From an uncultured candidate division Zixibacteria bacterium (GTDB lineage Bacteria > Zixibacteria > MSB-5A5 > UBA10806 > 4484-95), in assembly GCA_963668625.2 (NCBI GenBank), contig CAXXKA010000004.1, positions 32,001 through 96,000 on the forward strand: a DNA stretch of 64,000 nucleotides, written 5' to 3'. How positions within the stretch are numbered: the first letter of the stretch is position 1; the number at the start of each line of letters is the position of its first letter. The position numbers and the translations under genes are program-made. This document shows, piece by piece, positions 1 through 9,801 of the stretch. The notes under the pieces were generated by a model. That model had not been told where the DNA came from and searched no databases. It saw only the letters and a list, made by a program, of their open reading frames with translations.

Positions 1-86
1 CAAGCCCTCTTAAAACAAAAGCCGAAACGCCAATTTCGACTTAATTAAAATATTGGCTTGGAAAATACCACAGGTCTAAAATGTTG

Positions 87-1370
87 TCAACCTTTTTTTA
101 TCGGTTTGATCGTTTGACTGTTGCCGATCAGTGTATCTTTATCGATAGAATCAATATTAATGCTGATAAGTTTCCGCTTTAAATTATCTTCACCCATAAA
201 TTCAACGCGGTGATAATTACCTGAAATACCGGCTAATTTACCCGCTCTATCCCTATCCTCCACGATGATATCGACTGTTTTTCCAACGAATAATGCGGCA
301 TGTTGCCTTTTCTTTATCGTCCCCAACCGCCTGAGCTTGCGACTTCGGGAGGCTTTATCCTCCGGTGTTACCTTATTGGTCATCATTGAGGCCTCGGTGC
401 CTGGTCTATCGGAATACGAGAAAACATGCAGGTGATGTACGGGTTTTTCTTTTACCAGTTTGTACGTGTTTTCGAAATTAGCTTCGGTTTCCCCCGGAAA
501 TCCAATAATGATATCCGCGCCAATAGTTATCTCGGGACGAGCCTCTACCAGCTTTTGAGTTAAAAACGCGATCTCCGAGGATTTATATTTACGGCCCATC
601 GCTTTTAGGATATCATCATCCCCCGATTGTATAGGTAGATGAACATGCGGACAAATACGAGGTTCCTCGCCGATCAGCTCGATCAATTCATCCTTGAACT
701 CATTTGGCTTTAACGAGGACAAACGAATTCTCGGCATCGAGGTTTTAACCAGTATCTCTTTTAGAAGCCCGGTAAAATTAAGCCGTTTTTTGTACCTCCC
801 GATATGCACGCCGGTAAGAACCACCTCATTATAGCCGTTCTCGTGCAGCGAGTTTATCTCATCAATGATAAGCTCCGGCTCGCGTGAACTCGGTCTTCCC
901 CGCACTTTCCAGATTACGCAATAAGTGCATTTCTCGCGACAGCCCTCCTGTATTTTCAGGAAAGCCCGGCTGTGGCCGTTCATACGGGTGATAGGCGCGC
1001 TTTGCAATATACCATCAGCGGATTTCACGCCGAACTCATCGAGGACTATCTGCGGTATATCGGCTTTGCGGGAGTTACCCACTACAATCACGCCTTCGCC
1101 CAGCTCGCTTACTTTCTCCGGCTCTGATTCGGCATAGCAGCCGGTTACGATTACCTTAGCATTCGGGTTTTTACGAAGCGCGCGGCGAGCCATCTGGCGG
1201 GAGGTGTAGTCGGCCTTACCGGTGACAGTGCAAGTGTTGATAATATAGAGATCAGCTTTCTCGGTGAATTGAACGGTCTGGAAACCATAAGGCTCGAGAG
1301 TTTCCGCTATAGATTGTACCTCATATTGATTGAGTTTGCAGCCGACCGCGTTGAAAGCCGCTTTTAGCAT
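87..1370 (-). CDS. mtaB: tRNA t6A37 methylthiotransferase MtaB
   Basis: N-terminal GCKLNQYE and INTCTVT (UPF0004), radical-SAM CxxxCxxC (CREKCTYC), DIIIGFPGET, HVFSYSDRPGT, C-terminal TRAM-like region. Confidence 0.93.
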   Translation of the reverse strand: MLKAAFNAVGCKLNQYEVQSIAETLEPYGFQTVQFTEKADLYIINTCTVTGKADYTSRQMARRALRKNPNAKVIVTGCYAESEPEKVSELGEGVIVVGNSRKADIPQIVLDEFGVKSADGILQSAPITRMNGHSRAFLKIQEGCREKCTYCVIWKVRGRPSSREPELIIDEINSLHENGYNEVVLTGVHIGRYKKRLNFTGLLKEILVKTSMPRIRLSSLKPNEFKDELIELIGEEPRICPHVHLPIQSGDDDILKAMGRKYKSSEIAFLTQKLVEARPEITIGADIIIGFPGETEANFENTYKLVKEKPVHHLHVFSYSDRPGTEASMMTNKVTPEDKASRSRKLRRLGTIKKRQHAALFVGKTVDIIVEDRDRAGKLAGISGNYHRVEFMGEDNLKRKLISINIDSIDKDTLIGNSQTIKPIKKG

Positions 1371-1638
1371 ATTAGCAGATCCTTATCATCCTCGTTACCA
1401 AGCAACGCTTTAGTCCCAATGGCTATTTTAGCCCCTCCACATTAATCAACCTCTATATATAAAGAGGCTCAATTCTAATTATAACCTAATGATAATTGCT
1501 GATACCAACCTGAAAGTCAAGCCATTTTAATCCTGTAATATATTTTACCCCAACGGGTTATTGGCTTAAATACCCATGATGTAAAGGATAAAAGTATACT
1601 GGCGCAAATCCTCTCATTCCCCTCAACCTCCATTTCCC

Positions 1639-1730
1639 CGGATCCCGGATCAAGTCCGGGATGACAGGAATATTACTCGTTCTGAAACTCCGATTTAGGA
1701 ATGATTGTATTTGAGAAACTCAGTTTCTAT
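1639..1730. repeat. Palindromic repeats (GTCAT-type hairpin plus CTCGTT-type REP variant)
   Basis: ggatcccggatcaagtccgggatgac hairpin, then ctcgttctgaaactccgatttaggaatg...gagaaactcagtttc; related (inverted) to 36656-36710 and 44613-44668. Confidence 0.6.
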
Positions 1731-1894
1731 TTAGCATTTGAACTTCCTCAGGGAACAAAACGAAGCTTTTTTAATAAGCCAGGCTCTAAAACAATATACA
1801 AGGGACAGCCTCTCCTTGTATACCGCTTAACGAGATAGCCGATAAATTTGGCAAGTTGAGAGCTACACAGGGGCGTGCACCTCCCACAGGCTAG

Positions 1895-2914
1895 TTATAG
1901 CTTAATTGCATTGCGGGGCGAATATAGCTCCATCTTCGCCCGCCACCAGGCATCAAGACGGGGTATGGCAAAATATACGATGATAGCCAGCGTAAACCCG
2001 GCAATCAGGTCTATCACATAATGATGACGTAAATATACCGTGGCCAGTATCAGCCCGATATTGAACGGCAGGATAATCCAGAACGTGGTTTTCGTGAATC
2101 GCCAGGCAAATATCAGCGTGAGTAATGTTACCGCCGAATGCAGTGATGGAAATGCACAGCGCGAGTCGGCGGGTATCACCTGGAAAACACGGTTGGCCAT
2201 ATCGGCAATCATTGTACCATCAAAATTGAGTGTGAAATACTCTTTCAGCACTATTCGCGGCGGTGCAGCCGGGAATATCACATATAAGAGATAACCCGCG
2301 TAGAAACAGAGTATGATCGCAACGATCGTTGTCCTGAACTCTTTGCGCTTGCCTCGAAATAAAAGTACGCCGGCAACAAGCGGGGCAAACACGAAGAAAT
2401 TCATATAGCAGAACGAGAAAAACTCGGTCAACCAGGGATGGATAAACTGCTCGGCCCAGACACAGGGTTGACAGCCGAAAAGCCACTGGTCGATAGCGAT
2501 CAAGCTGTCGTGGATATCGTGAGGATTGGCGAAATGAACCGTATCGTGCAGATTGGTGTAAATCGCCAGACAATAGGCAAACGGCAGAACATCACGCCAG
2601 AAACTCCAGATTTTGGACTTACTCCGATAGCGAGCTACTATATATGATATAATGATAATAACTACTACAACAGCCCAGCGTTGAACATCCCCGCGAAATA
2701 CATTTGGCACATGCCCCTGGGATTTGAAAAAGAAATAGGCCTTGAAAGTCAGGTAAGTCATCGGGAAGAATGCGACTAAAGCGATAAACTCCTCCAGTCT
2801 GAACGAGAATATTATCTCCTTAATTCGCGTAAGGAAATCCTTATCCCCCGAATTGGTCTGGTTCTCCCCCGGCTTTATAGCCAAATCTTCTTGATCGAGT
2901 TTCTGCATGGGCAT
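1895..2914 (-). CDS. PAP2-superfamily membrane phosphatase/phosphotransferase (Aur1/IPC-synthase-like)
   Basis: Multiple TM helices; motifs FPAAPPR, AFPSLHSA, LRHHYVIDLIAG. Confidence 0.85.
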   Translation of the reverse strand: MPMQKLDQEDLAIKPGENQTNSGDKDFLTRIKEIIFSFRLEEFIALVAFFPMTYLTFKAYFFFKSQGHVPNVFRGDVQRWAVVVVIIIISYIVARYRSKSKIWSFWRDVLPFAYCLAIYTNLHDTVHFANPHDIHDSLIAIDQWLFGCQPCVWAEQFIHPWLTEFFSFCYMNFFVFAPLVAGVLLFRGKRKEFRTTIVAIILCFYAGYLLYVIFPAAPPRIVLKEYFTLNFDGTMIADMANRVFQVIPADSRCAFPSLHSAVTLLTLIFAWRFTKTTFWIILPFNIGLILATVYLRHHYVIDLIAGFTLAIIVYFAIPRLDAWWRAKMELYSPRNAIKL

Positions 2915-3043
2915 GTATATAATTATATAAGTGATGATTGTAAAGCATATTGTTGTGAGGTGATGCGATTGTTACGCCGATTATAGCCGGAGGCCGGCAA
3001 ACATAACAGTCCTGCCCCCGCCGGTGGTGGTTGGATGTGTTGA

Positions 3044-3383
3044 GGTACCTCACCAGAAGGGTGAGTAGTTTTTGCACCCCTCATTACGAAGCGCCGCTTC
3101 GTAATGCCGATTATTTGCGCAATGCAGTTTCACTGCCAGCGCAGGCAGGATTCCAAAGCAGCGCTTCGGAATCAGTTAGTGTGTGCAGCGTTTTGGAATC
3201 AGTTAGTGTGTGCAGCGTTTTGGAACCATAGGGTTGAACAGTCCTGCCCCCGCCCCGTGGTTGATGGGAGGTAGTACCTCACCAGCAAGGTGAGTAGTTT
3301 TTGCAGGCTGGTTAACCAATCATGAATGGCAGCGAGGCCTGCATGCTTACCCACCTCAGACTTCGCCATGAAATGGGGCACCC
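3044..3383 (+). repeat. Composite direct repeat copy 1 (contains a REP doublet)
   Basis: Near-identical to 4949-5261; carries an extra 27-bp tandem duplication ggaatcagttagtgtgtgcagcgtttt. Confidence 0.95.
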
Positions 3384-3394
3384 ATGTTGATTGG

Positions 3395-4849
3395 CTACTT
3401 CAATATAACCATCCTGCGGGACTGACTCACATCCCCGGCTGTAAGCCGGTAGAAGTACACACCCGAGGGCAACTCCCCGGCATCGAATACGACCCGGTTC
3501 TCCCCCGCCGTCCTATGGCCATTGACCAGCGAACGCACACGGCGACCGAGTATATCGTATATATCGAGATGTACCTCGGAGGCTTCAGGGAGAGTGAATG
3601 TTATTACTGTGGATTGGTTGAATGGGTTGGGGTAAGCTGTGATTTCTAGTTTTGCCGGTAAATATATTTCCTCATCATCTATCGATGTCGTATCTGGCGT
3701 GAAACGTTTGTAATAAATATCATTATAACCATAAACCCTTTCATCACGCCATACATTATGAATCTTACCTTGATCATAAGATATCCAGGGATCTAAAGAA
3801 TTATATGGTGCATTCGTTAAGCGAATCTCTCCCTGCCATGATTCGCCAATGTTATCACTTCTATTATAAAATATCTCATGCCCACCCTCATCATTATATT
3901 TCCTATCCGACCAGGTAGCTATCAGCGTATCTCCCGTAAAACCAATAGATGGCGACCAGGCGGTATGGTCGTATGAGGCCTGTACCTCTCGAGGCCAGGT
4001 TAAGCCGCCATCATCTGAAATTGAAACGAAGATATCACCATGAAAAGCATATTCCTGATATCTGAAATCATTATACCCAACTGCAAACTGACCTGTCTCC
4101 TCGTTACAGGCTACGCAGGGATTTTGCGCCATTGGTTCATGTTCAGGAGATATCCAGATCATTTCTGACCAGCTTTGACCACCATTATCACTATGAAATC
4201 CAACTATATGATAACCAGTATGCAAACTATCTACGAATCCTGATTTAAGCAGAAGTAAGCTAAATCCGCACTGAGTGAGAATCATATCCTGTTGCGTTGA
4301 AAAACCATAACCCATAGTAACTTCATCATTCCATGTTTCGCCATAATCATATGAGGAGAAAAACCGAATAGGATCTCCTCCTGTAGAATCAGCGCGATGA
4401 GACCAATAAGATATAAAGATTAAGTCTCCCCAAACACAAGAAGCTGGTTTGTCAAAATGCCCAATATTATCTGTAGGTAGATATCTTGGCTCGCTCCACT
4501 CCGAGCCATCTTCAGATAAAGTATAGCCGATTCTGAATGGTCCCGAATCTCTATCTTTCCATGTGACCAGTAGACCGTTTTCACCTAAAGATAAATCCTG
4601 ATCCGTTGCTATATGCTCTTCCTCAGAGATATTTATCAAACTATTCCACGTTTCCCCGTTATCTGTACTGCGTATATATGAAACATAATTAGGGCTGTTT
4701 CTCCAAATGACATGAATTGTATCATTACGTGCTACTACTTGAGGACCATATTCCTCACCGCGGTAGGTAAGGCGTATATCCTCCGACCAGCCGGCCAAAG
4801 AGATCGTTGAGCATATTATTATAACGAAACAAACAATTCTATGTATCAT
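3395..4849 (-). CDS. Secreted BNR/Asp-box (sialidase-like) beta-propeller protein with C-terminal FlgD/T9SS-type sorting domain
   Basis: Signal peptide; SxDxGxTW Asp-boxes (STDNGETW, SYDYGETW, SDNGGQSW, SDDGGLTW); C-terminal YPNPFN...GVYFYRL...MVILK. Confidence 0.85.
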   Translation of the reverse strand: MIHRIVCFVIIICSTISLAGWSEDIRLTYRGEEYGPQVVARNDTIHVIWRNSPNYVSYIRSTDNGETWNSLINISEEEHIATDQDLSLGENGLLVTWKDRDSGPFRIGYTLSEDGSEWSEPRYLPTDNIGHFDKPASCVWGDLIFISYWSHRADSTGGDPIRFFSSYDYGETWNDEVTMGYGFSTQQDMILTQCGFSLLLLKSGFVDSLHTGYHIVGFHSDNGGQSWSEMIWISPEHEPMAQNPCVACNEETGQFAVGYNDFRYQEYAFHGDIFVSISDDGGLTWPREVQASYDHTAWSPSIGFTGDTLIATWSDRKYNDEGGHEIFYNRSDNIGESWQGEIRLTNAPYNSLDPWISYDQGKIHNVWRDERVYGYNDIYYKRFTPDTTSIDDEEIYLPAKLEITAYPNPFNQSTVITFTLPEASEVHLDIYDILGRRVRSLVNGHRTAGENRVVFDAGELPSGVYFYRLTAGDVSQSRRMVILK

Positions 4850-4897
4850 AAATAGCCAGTATGATTATCATACCAAAACTTTCATTATCTGTTGTTT

Positions 4898-4926
4898 AAA
4901 ATAATCAGGAAACACATAAATGTCAA
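4898..4926 (-). promoter_or_regulatory. Sigma70-like promoter for 3395..4849
   Basis: TTGACA-17nt-TATTTT on the minus strand. Confidence 0.55.
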
Positions 4927-4948
4927 GTTGATTGTCTCTATTACACCC

Positions 4949-5261
4949 GGTACCTCACCAGAAGGGTGAGTAGTTTCTTCACCCCTCATTACGAAGCGCC
5001 GCTTCGTAATGCCGATTATTTGCGCAATGCAGTTTCACTGCCAGCGCAGGCAGGATTCCAAAGCAGCGCTTCGGAATCAGTTAGTGTGTGCAGCGTTTTG
5101 GAACCATAGGGTTGAACAGTCCTGCCCCCGCCCCGTGGTTGATGGGAGGTGGTACCTCACCAGCAAGGTGAGTAGTTTTTGCAGGCTGATTAGCCAATCA
5201 TGAATGGCAGCGAGACCTGCATGCTTACCCACCTCAGACTTCGCCATGAAATGGGGCACCC
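4949..5261 (+). repeat. Composite direct repeat copy 2 (contains a REP doublet)
   Basis: Same orientation and near-identical to 3044-3383. Confidence 0.95.
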
Positions 5262-5327
5262 TGACTCTTCTACCCCCCTTCTCCCCATTCTGATACAATT
5301 CAAATATTACCCATCATATTTAACCCA

Positions 5328-5355
5328 TTGACAAATATAGAATTTAAACTATTTT
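5328..5355 (+). promoter_or_regulatory. Sigma70-like promoter for 5429..7147
   Basis: TTGACA-16nt-TATTTT. Confidence 0.5.
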
Positions 5356-5428
5356 GTATCTGGATGGTAAAGTTTACGTATAGTAACTATGATGTCTATA
5401 AATATTAACCATAAGCAGGAGTTGATTT

Positions 5429-7147
5429 ATGCGAACTATGGTTGTTAAAGTTTTTGTGATGATAACCGCCACCTTATTAATATGTAGTTCGGCGCTGGCC
5501 CAGTGGCCGACAGATCCCGATTCGAACATGGTGATCTGCAATCACTCGGGCGAGCAGGCGATACCGAAAGTGGCGCCTACCTCCGATGGCGGCTGCTATA
5601 TCTGCTGGTACGATCATGAGTCGGGCAACTACGATATGTACCTTCAGAGACTAAACGCCTACGGCGAGATTCAATGGACAGAGAACGGCATGCTGGTAAG
5701 CGATAATCCCCAGGCCACCTGGCTGACAGATTACGAGATGACAGTCGACCACGATGATAACGCGATTATAGCGTTCAACGATACCAGGGCCGGCGATGAC
5801 TGGGATATTTACGCTTACAAAATCAGCCCCGAGGGCGAGTTCCTCTGGGGTGAGGACGGCCTGACCGTTTCCGATAACGATGGATTCGAACCCTACCCGC
5901 AGGTGTGTGTCACCACGGGCGGCAATATCGTCATAGCCTGGCAAGAGGAAAGCACGATTCACATACGCAAGTTCGATCCAGACGGTAACGACTACTGGTC
6001 CTCGCCCTCCGTAATCGATATTACCAGCGAGTACGGTATGTCTATCCCCCGTCTGGCGCCGGCCGAGAATGATGGAGTTATCCTTCAAGCGCTGGATAAA
6101 ACCGGCCCGAATTACTGGGATACCAACTATATCTACCTGTATAAATTCTCCGAATATGGCGAGGCGATATGGGGCGAAGGTTTATTAGTCAGTGATGCCG
6201 GCGGTATCGGTATTCAGATGTTCCCCGAGGTGTGTAGTGACGGTCTGGGCGGCGCGATCTCGTTCTGGTACGATTCGCGTATATCCAATCAGCTTCACGC
6301 CTACGCCGAGCATTTCAACGCTGATGGTGATCCGCTCTGGGCGGAGGATGGTTTGATGCTTTCATCCAATCCCTCCCAGTTCCAGATGAATCCCTCGGTG
6401 ACTTATTTCCCCGAATCGGGCAATGTGATGGCGTTCTACAAAACCACCAACTCGTTACAATCGCTAAGCGGTATCGGCGGCCAGTTGATCAGCGGATTCG
6501 GTGAACGTCTGTGGGGTGATAGCGGCGTCGATATCCTTCCCCTGGCAGATAAAGGCCGTTATTCCACTAATGTGTTCACTTTCGAAAACGATGCTATAGT
6601 GGTGTGTTTCGACTCTCCCGACGGCGATGTGGTCAATAACTATGTCGATGCCATGCGTATCAACGTGGATGGCGAGCATGTATGGGATGAGTCCCCGTTG
6701 ATGATAAGCTCTTTAAGCAGCGACAAAGTTCACCTATTTGCGGCCATGACAGTCAACAACCAGGTATTAGCATCCTGGGAGGATGGCAGAAACGGTAACA
6801 CTGATATCTACTTGCAGAATGTAAATCCCGATGGTACCCTGGGGCAGTATATAACCGGTATTGAGGAAGCGGTTAATCTTCCCCAAAACACCGGACTCAA
6901 TATGGCTTACCCGAATCCGTTTAACGCCTCTACCACGATTAGTTATAGCCTCGAATATGCTGCGAATGTCAGCCTGGAGATTTACGACATACTCGGCAGA
7001 AAAGTGGAAACTCTGGTAAACGGCAATCAACAGGCCGGGAATTACCAGTTAAACTGGAAAGCTGATCAAATCAGTACCGGTATTTATTTCGCCAGGATGG
7101 TAACCGATGGTCAGTCCTCGATGAAGAAACTGGTGTTATTGAAATAG
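5429..7147 (+). CDS. Secreted repeat protein with C-terminal FlgD/T9SS-type sorting domain
   Basis: RBS aggag; signal peptide ending ALA-Q; repeated DxGG..I.W.D.R / G...W.EDG units; C-terminal YPNPFNAST...KLVLLK. Confidence 0.85.
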   Translation: MRTMVVKVFVMITATLLICSSALAQWPTDPDSNMVICNHSGEQAIPKVAPTSDGGCYICWYDHESGNYDMYLQRLNAYGEIQWTENGMLVSDNPQATWLTDYEMTVDHDDNAIIAFNDTRAGDDWDIYAYKISPEGEFLWGEDGLTVSDNDGFEPYPQVCVTTGGNIVIAWQEESTIHIRKFDPDGNDYWSSPSVIDITSEYGMSIPRLAPAENDGVILQALDKTGPNYWDTNYIYLYKFSEYGEAIWGEGLLVSDAGGIGIQMFPEVCSDGLGGAISFWYDSRISNQLHAYAEHFNADGDPLWAEDGLMLSSNPSQFQMNPSVTYFPESGNVMAFYKTTNSLQSLSGIGGQLISGFGERLWGDSGVDILPLADKGRYSTNVFTFENDAIVVCFDSPDGDVVNNYVDAMRINVDGEHVWDESPLMISSLSSDKVHLFAAMTVNNQVLASWEDGRNGNTDIYLQNVNPDGTLGQYITGIEEAVNLPQNTGLNMAYPNPFNASTTISYSLEYAANVSLEIYDILGRKVETLVNGNQQAGNYQLNWKADQISTGIYFARMVTDGQSSMKKLVLLK

Positions 7148-7229
7148 AAATTCAGCGATTGGTAGATATCCTCGTTTGCTGCCTGCCGCTACTTATGCCA
7201 GCAATGATATGACGGTCACACGAGGAGAA

Positions 7230-7344
7230 GCTGTCCCAAAAGACACGTGGTTGGAGTACGTCCTCGTGTGGTCTGCCTGCTAATAAAACCTGGCGGACGA
7301 GGAAGTCCGCCGGCCACGGCAACCATACTTTTAGGATAGACCTC
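7230..7344. mobile_element. MITE-like element: short terminal inverted repeats enclosing a GTGG-type REP doublet
   Basis: ctgtcccaaaag ... cttttaggatag ends around gtggttggagtacgtcctcgt...ggacgaggaagtccgccggccac. Confidence 0.45.
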
Positions 7345-7375
7345 AGGACATGTACCGCGCAAATAAATACACTTT

Positions 7376-7410
7376 AAGAGGTCGAGCATTCTTGCCCGAC
7401 CTCTTTTTCT
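7376..7410 (+). terminator. Rho-independent terminator
   Basis: aagaggtcgagca-ttct-tgcccgacctctt followed by a T-run. Confidence 0.65.
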
Positions 7411-7676
7411 TTTTATTTTGATGAGTTCAGAGGCTAGCCGACAACCTGTTCAACCTGCAGATAATATATAGGTAAAGCTCGAATAGTGGCTTGAATGTAT
7501 GATTCTAGTTGCTGGCGGTCGTACCTGTCATTCAGTTTATATTAGCCGGCATACCAGTTGGATCACTAGGATATTCTCTAATCACGAGGATTTTAAGACA
7601 GTATACTTGCCGGGCCTCTGCGGTAAACCTACAGAACTTATAAAAGCGTAGTTTAGGTATCAGAGATTTTATACTA

Positions 7677-7901
7677 TTACGAATAAACGTTAGAGCTATA
7701 ATCTTTCAATCTCTGCTTGAGCAATTCGAAGAAAGGTTTTTTCAGAAGATATGCTTTGCCCTGTTTGGAATTAGCGCACATCGAAACCTGCTTGAAATTC
7801 CAAACAGCGTTATCGGCTTTTTTAACGATCAGCTCGATTTCCCGAGATTTTTTCATGTGTCCCCCATTGAATAGGGCGTACCAATAATCTATTGACATCA
7901 C
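7677..7901 (-). CDS. Small hypothetical protein
   Basis: Open frame with GGGGGA before MKKSREIE; no recognisable motif. Confidence 0.3.
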   Translation of the reverse strand: MMSIDYWYALFNGGHMKKSREIELIVKKADNAVWNFKQVSMCANSKQGKAYLLKKPFFELLKQRLKDYSSNVYS

Positions 7902-7972
7902 CCTGTTTAATGGGTTTTACATCAAAAGTATTTTAATTGTCAAGTAATATATTCAATATATTAACACATCTT

Positions 7973-8335
7973 TCAAGCGTTAAACAAACGGCTGGCATCA
8001 ACATAGATTTGATATTTATCGATTTTGCCGTTATTGATTAAGAAATAGTTCGTAAACGGAACGCTTAAATTCGAGCCATCCAATCTAGTATATATAACAT
8101 TACCCCGGCAGAATACATGTTCATCCTTTTCAATAATCATATGCAGCTTATGATTGAGAGATTTTATCGCGCTAAAGAAACCCGCCACGTACTCCCTGAT
8201 CGGCTCGACTCCCTTTACCTCCTCGGCGTTGCCGAATATGAACGAGGAGTCATCAGTTAAATATGTGACGAACTTATCGGCATCTTTGCTATCTATAGCC
8301 TCGAATAATTGTTTTAACATTTCCACGTTGTTCAT
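7973..8335 (-). CDS. SnoaL-like / NTF2-fold protein
   Basis: LFEAIDSKDADKF...FGNAEEVKG...GKIDKYQIYVD pattern; AGGAG 5 nt upstream. Confidence 0.85.
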   Translation of the reverse strand: MNNVEMLKQLFEAIDSKDADKFVTYLTDDSSFIFGNAEEVKGVEPIREYVAGFFSAIKSLNHKLHMIIEKDEHVFCRGNVIYTRLDGSNLSVPFTNYFLINNGKIDKYQIYVDASRLFNA

Positions 8336-8372
8336 TCGTACTCCTATGATAAAAGTCTACTCCAAATTTCAG

Positions 8373-9386
8373 TTATCTGTTTGCTAACACAAAGTTAGGG
8401 AAATCTTCAAACACCCAATTATTTTTCAAGGTGTCATAGATTATTCCCAGTAATTTTCTGGCTGTGGCAATGATAGCCTTACCGCTGCCACGACGGTTTT
8501 TTATACGATTGTAATATTTACTCAAGTAATGGTTATATCGTATGGCAACAAGCGTACACTGCACCAGTGTAGTCCGACCAATCTTAGAACCACGCTTGGT
8601 AATCCGACCATGATGCTGAATCTCGTTTGAATTGGAAACTCGCGGCACTACGCCAAAATATGAGGCCAATTTATCTTTGTCCGAAAAATCAGCAACATCA
8701 CCAATTACCGAAAGCAACACTGTAGCTGATTTGCTGCCGATTCCTTTGATGCTGGTCAGGTTCTTATGCCCGTTCAACTTGCGACCCTGATCCTCTATCT
8801 GTTTGTCCAGCTTTTTTATCCCCTCATTCAAACTGCGAATCTGATCAACCAATACCTCAAGCTCAACAGAAACAACCTCATCAAAATTCATCTTTAGAAC
8901 CCGCTCCAAACTCTTGTTGCTGGAGTAGGCCTCCTTTTTACTCTTGATACCATGATGATTGAGTATGTTGTGTATTTTATTCTTCAAAGCTGTACGTAAC
9001 TTGACCAGCTTGTCCCGTGTCCCAACAAGTGAACTGATCTGCGCTTTATCTTTCGTCTTTAATCGGGCTTTCGGCAACATGTCTTTGCTCATAAAATAGG
9101 CTAAGTTCCTGGCATCGTTTTCATCCGTCTTACTGACTGATGATTTGATTATCTCAAATTTGTTCGGATCGACGACAACAACTCGCTTGACCAAATGCGA
9201 TATCTCATCAACGAAATAACGAGTGTTGCCAGTGGCCTCAACCGCTACACAATCCGTCTTTTTTAATCCTCGTTTAAATTCCTTTAGATCCTTTAGCCGA
9301 TACTCCTTGATCCTCTCCCGACCACCGGCTGTCAGGCAACACACGGTCAAACTGTTTGTGTGAAGGTCTACTCCTAAGTACCTCAT
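8373..9386 (-). CDS. IS110-family DEDD recombinase
   Basis: GVDLH, VEATG, KTDENDA and SYFGVVPRVSNS motifs; start taken at MRYLGVDLH. Confidence 0.95.
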   Translation of the reverse strand: MRYLGVDLHTNSLTVCCLTAGGRERIKEYRLKDLKEFKRGLKKTDCVAVEATGNTRYFVDEISHLVKRVVVVDPNKFEIIKSSVSKTDENDARNLAYFMSKDMLPKARLKTKDKAQISSLVGTRDKLVKLRTALKNKIHNILNHHGIKSKKEAYSSNKSLERVLKMNFDEVVSVELEVLVDQIRSLNEGIKKLDKQIEDQGRKLNGHKNLTSIKGIGSKSATVLLSVIGDVADFSDKDKLASYFGVVPRVSNSNEIQHHGRITKRGSKIGRTTLVQCTLVAIRYNHYLSKYYNRIKNRRGSGKAIIATARKLLGIIYDTLKNNWVFEDFPNFVLANR

Positions 9387-9389
9387 CTT

Positions 9390-9605
9390 CTTGCTCCATT
9401 CTATGGTTATCACTGGAGCAGACTCTCTGTCGGCGCCTACCAAACTCCTATTCAAGGTCTTTGCCTTATGGTGGCAATTCGGTTACAGGTCTGATTAATC
9501 TCCTTTACGAGGTCTGGCCTCAAGCATTCAGTTCAGCCTATAACCTATCCGCTCCAGTTAGAAATTCATTACCGAAGCTCTAACACCAACAGAATAGATT
9601 AGCAA
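9390..9605 (-). ncRNA. Putative bridge/seek RNA region of IS110 #1
   Basis: About 220-nt non-coding end upstream of the recombinase; two AGACCT-led segments ending in AAAGGAG (target-like) and ATAGGAG (donor-like); boundaries approximate. Confidence 0.6.
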
Positions 9606-9801
9606 GATGCTTTTATCGTACCATCTCCTTTTTTATCAGATAATTATAATTGATTTAACCAGGATTGAGTTCCCGAAATGGTATATCTCTTTGGTTGAAT
9701 ATTATCAATAAAAAACTATTCTATAATGTAACACCGGCGGCTATAATCCGTATTTCAAAAGGTACGAAAATAGTTATCATGGTTTGGGAAAGGAAATTAT
9801 T

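Larger units (their letters stand above)
8341..9626 (-). mobile_element. IS110/IS1111-type insertion sequence #1
   Basis: AG core at both junctions (plus-strand CT 8341-8342 and 9625-9626); subterminal IR atgataaaag 8346-8355 / cttttatcgt 9610-9619; circle junction would form TAGACT-17-TACGAT. Confidence 0.85.

Noticed and set aside
2841-5298. Short ORFs in repeats (2841-3381, 5009-5298; also 11571-11834, 12509-12919, 38048-38320, 39745-40035)
   Set aside because: Translations of REP palindromes (recurring YEALLRN and VTKQRFVTR), with no RBS or domain support
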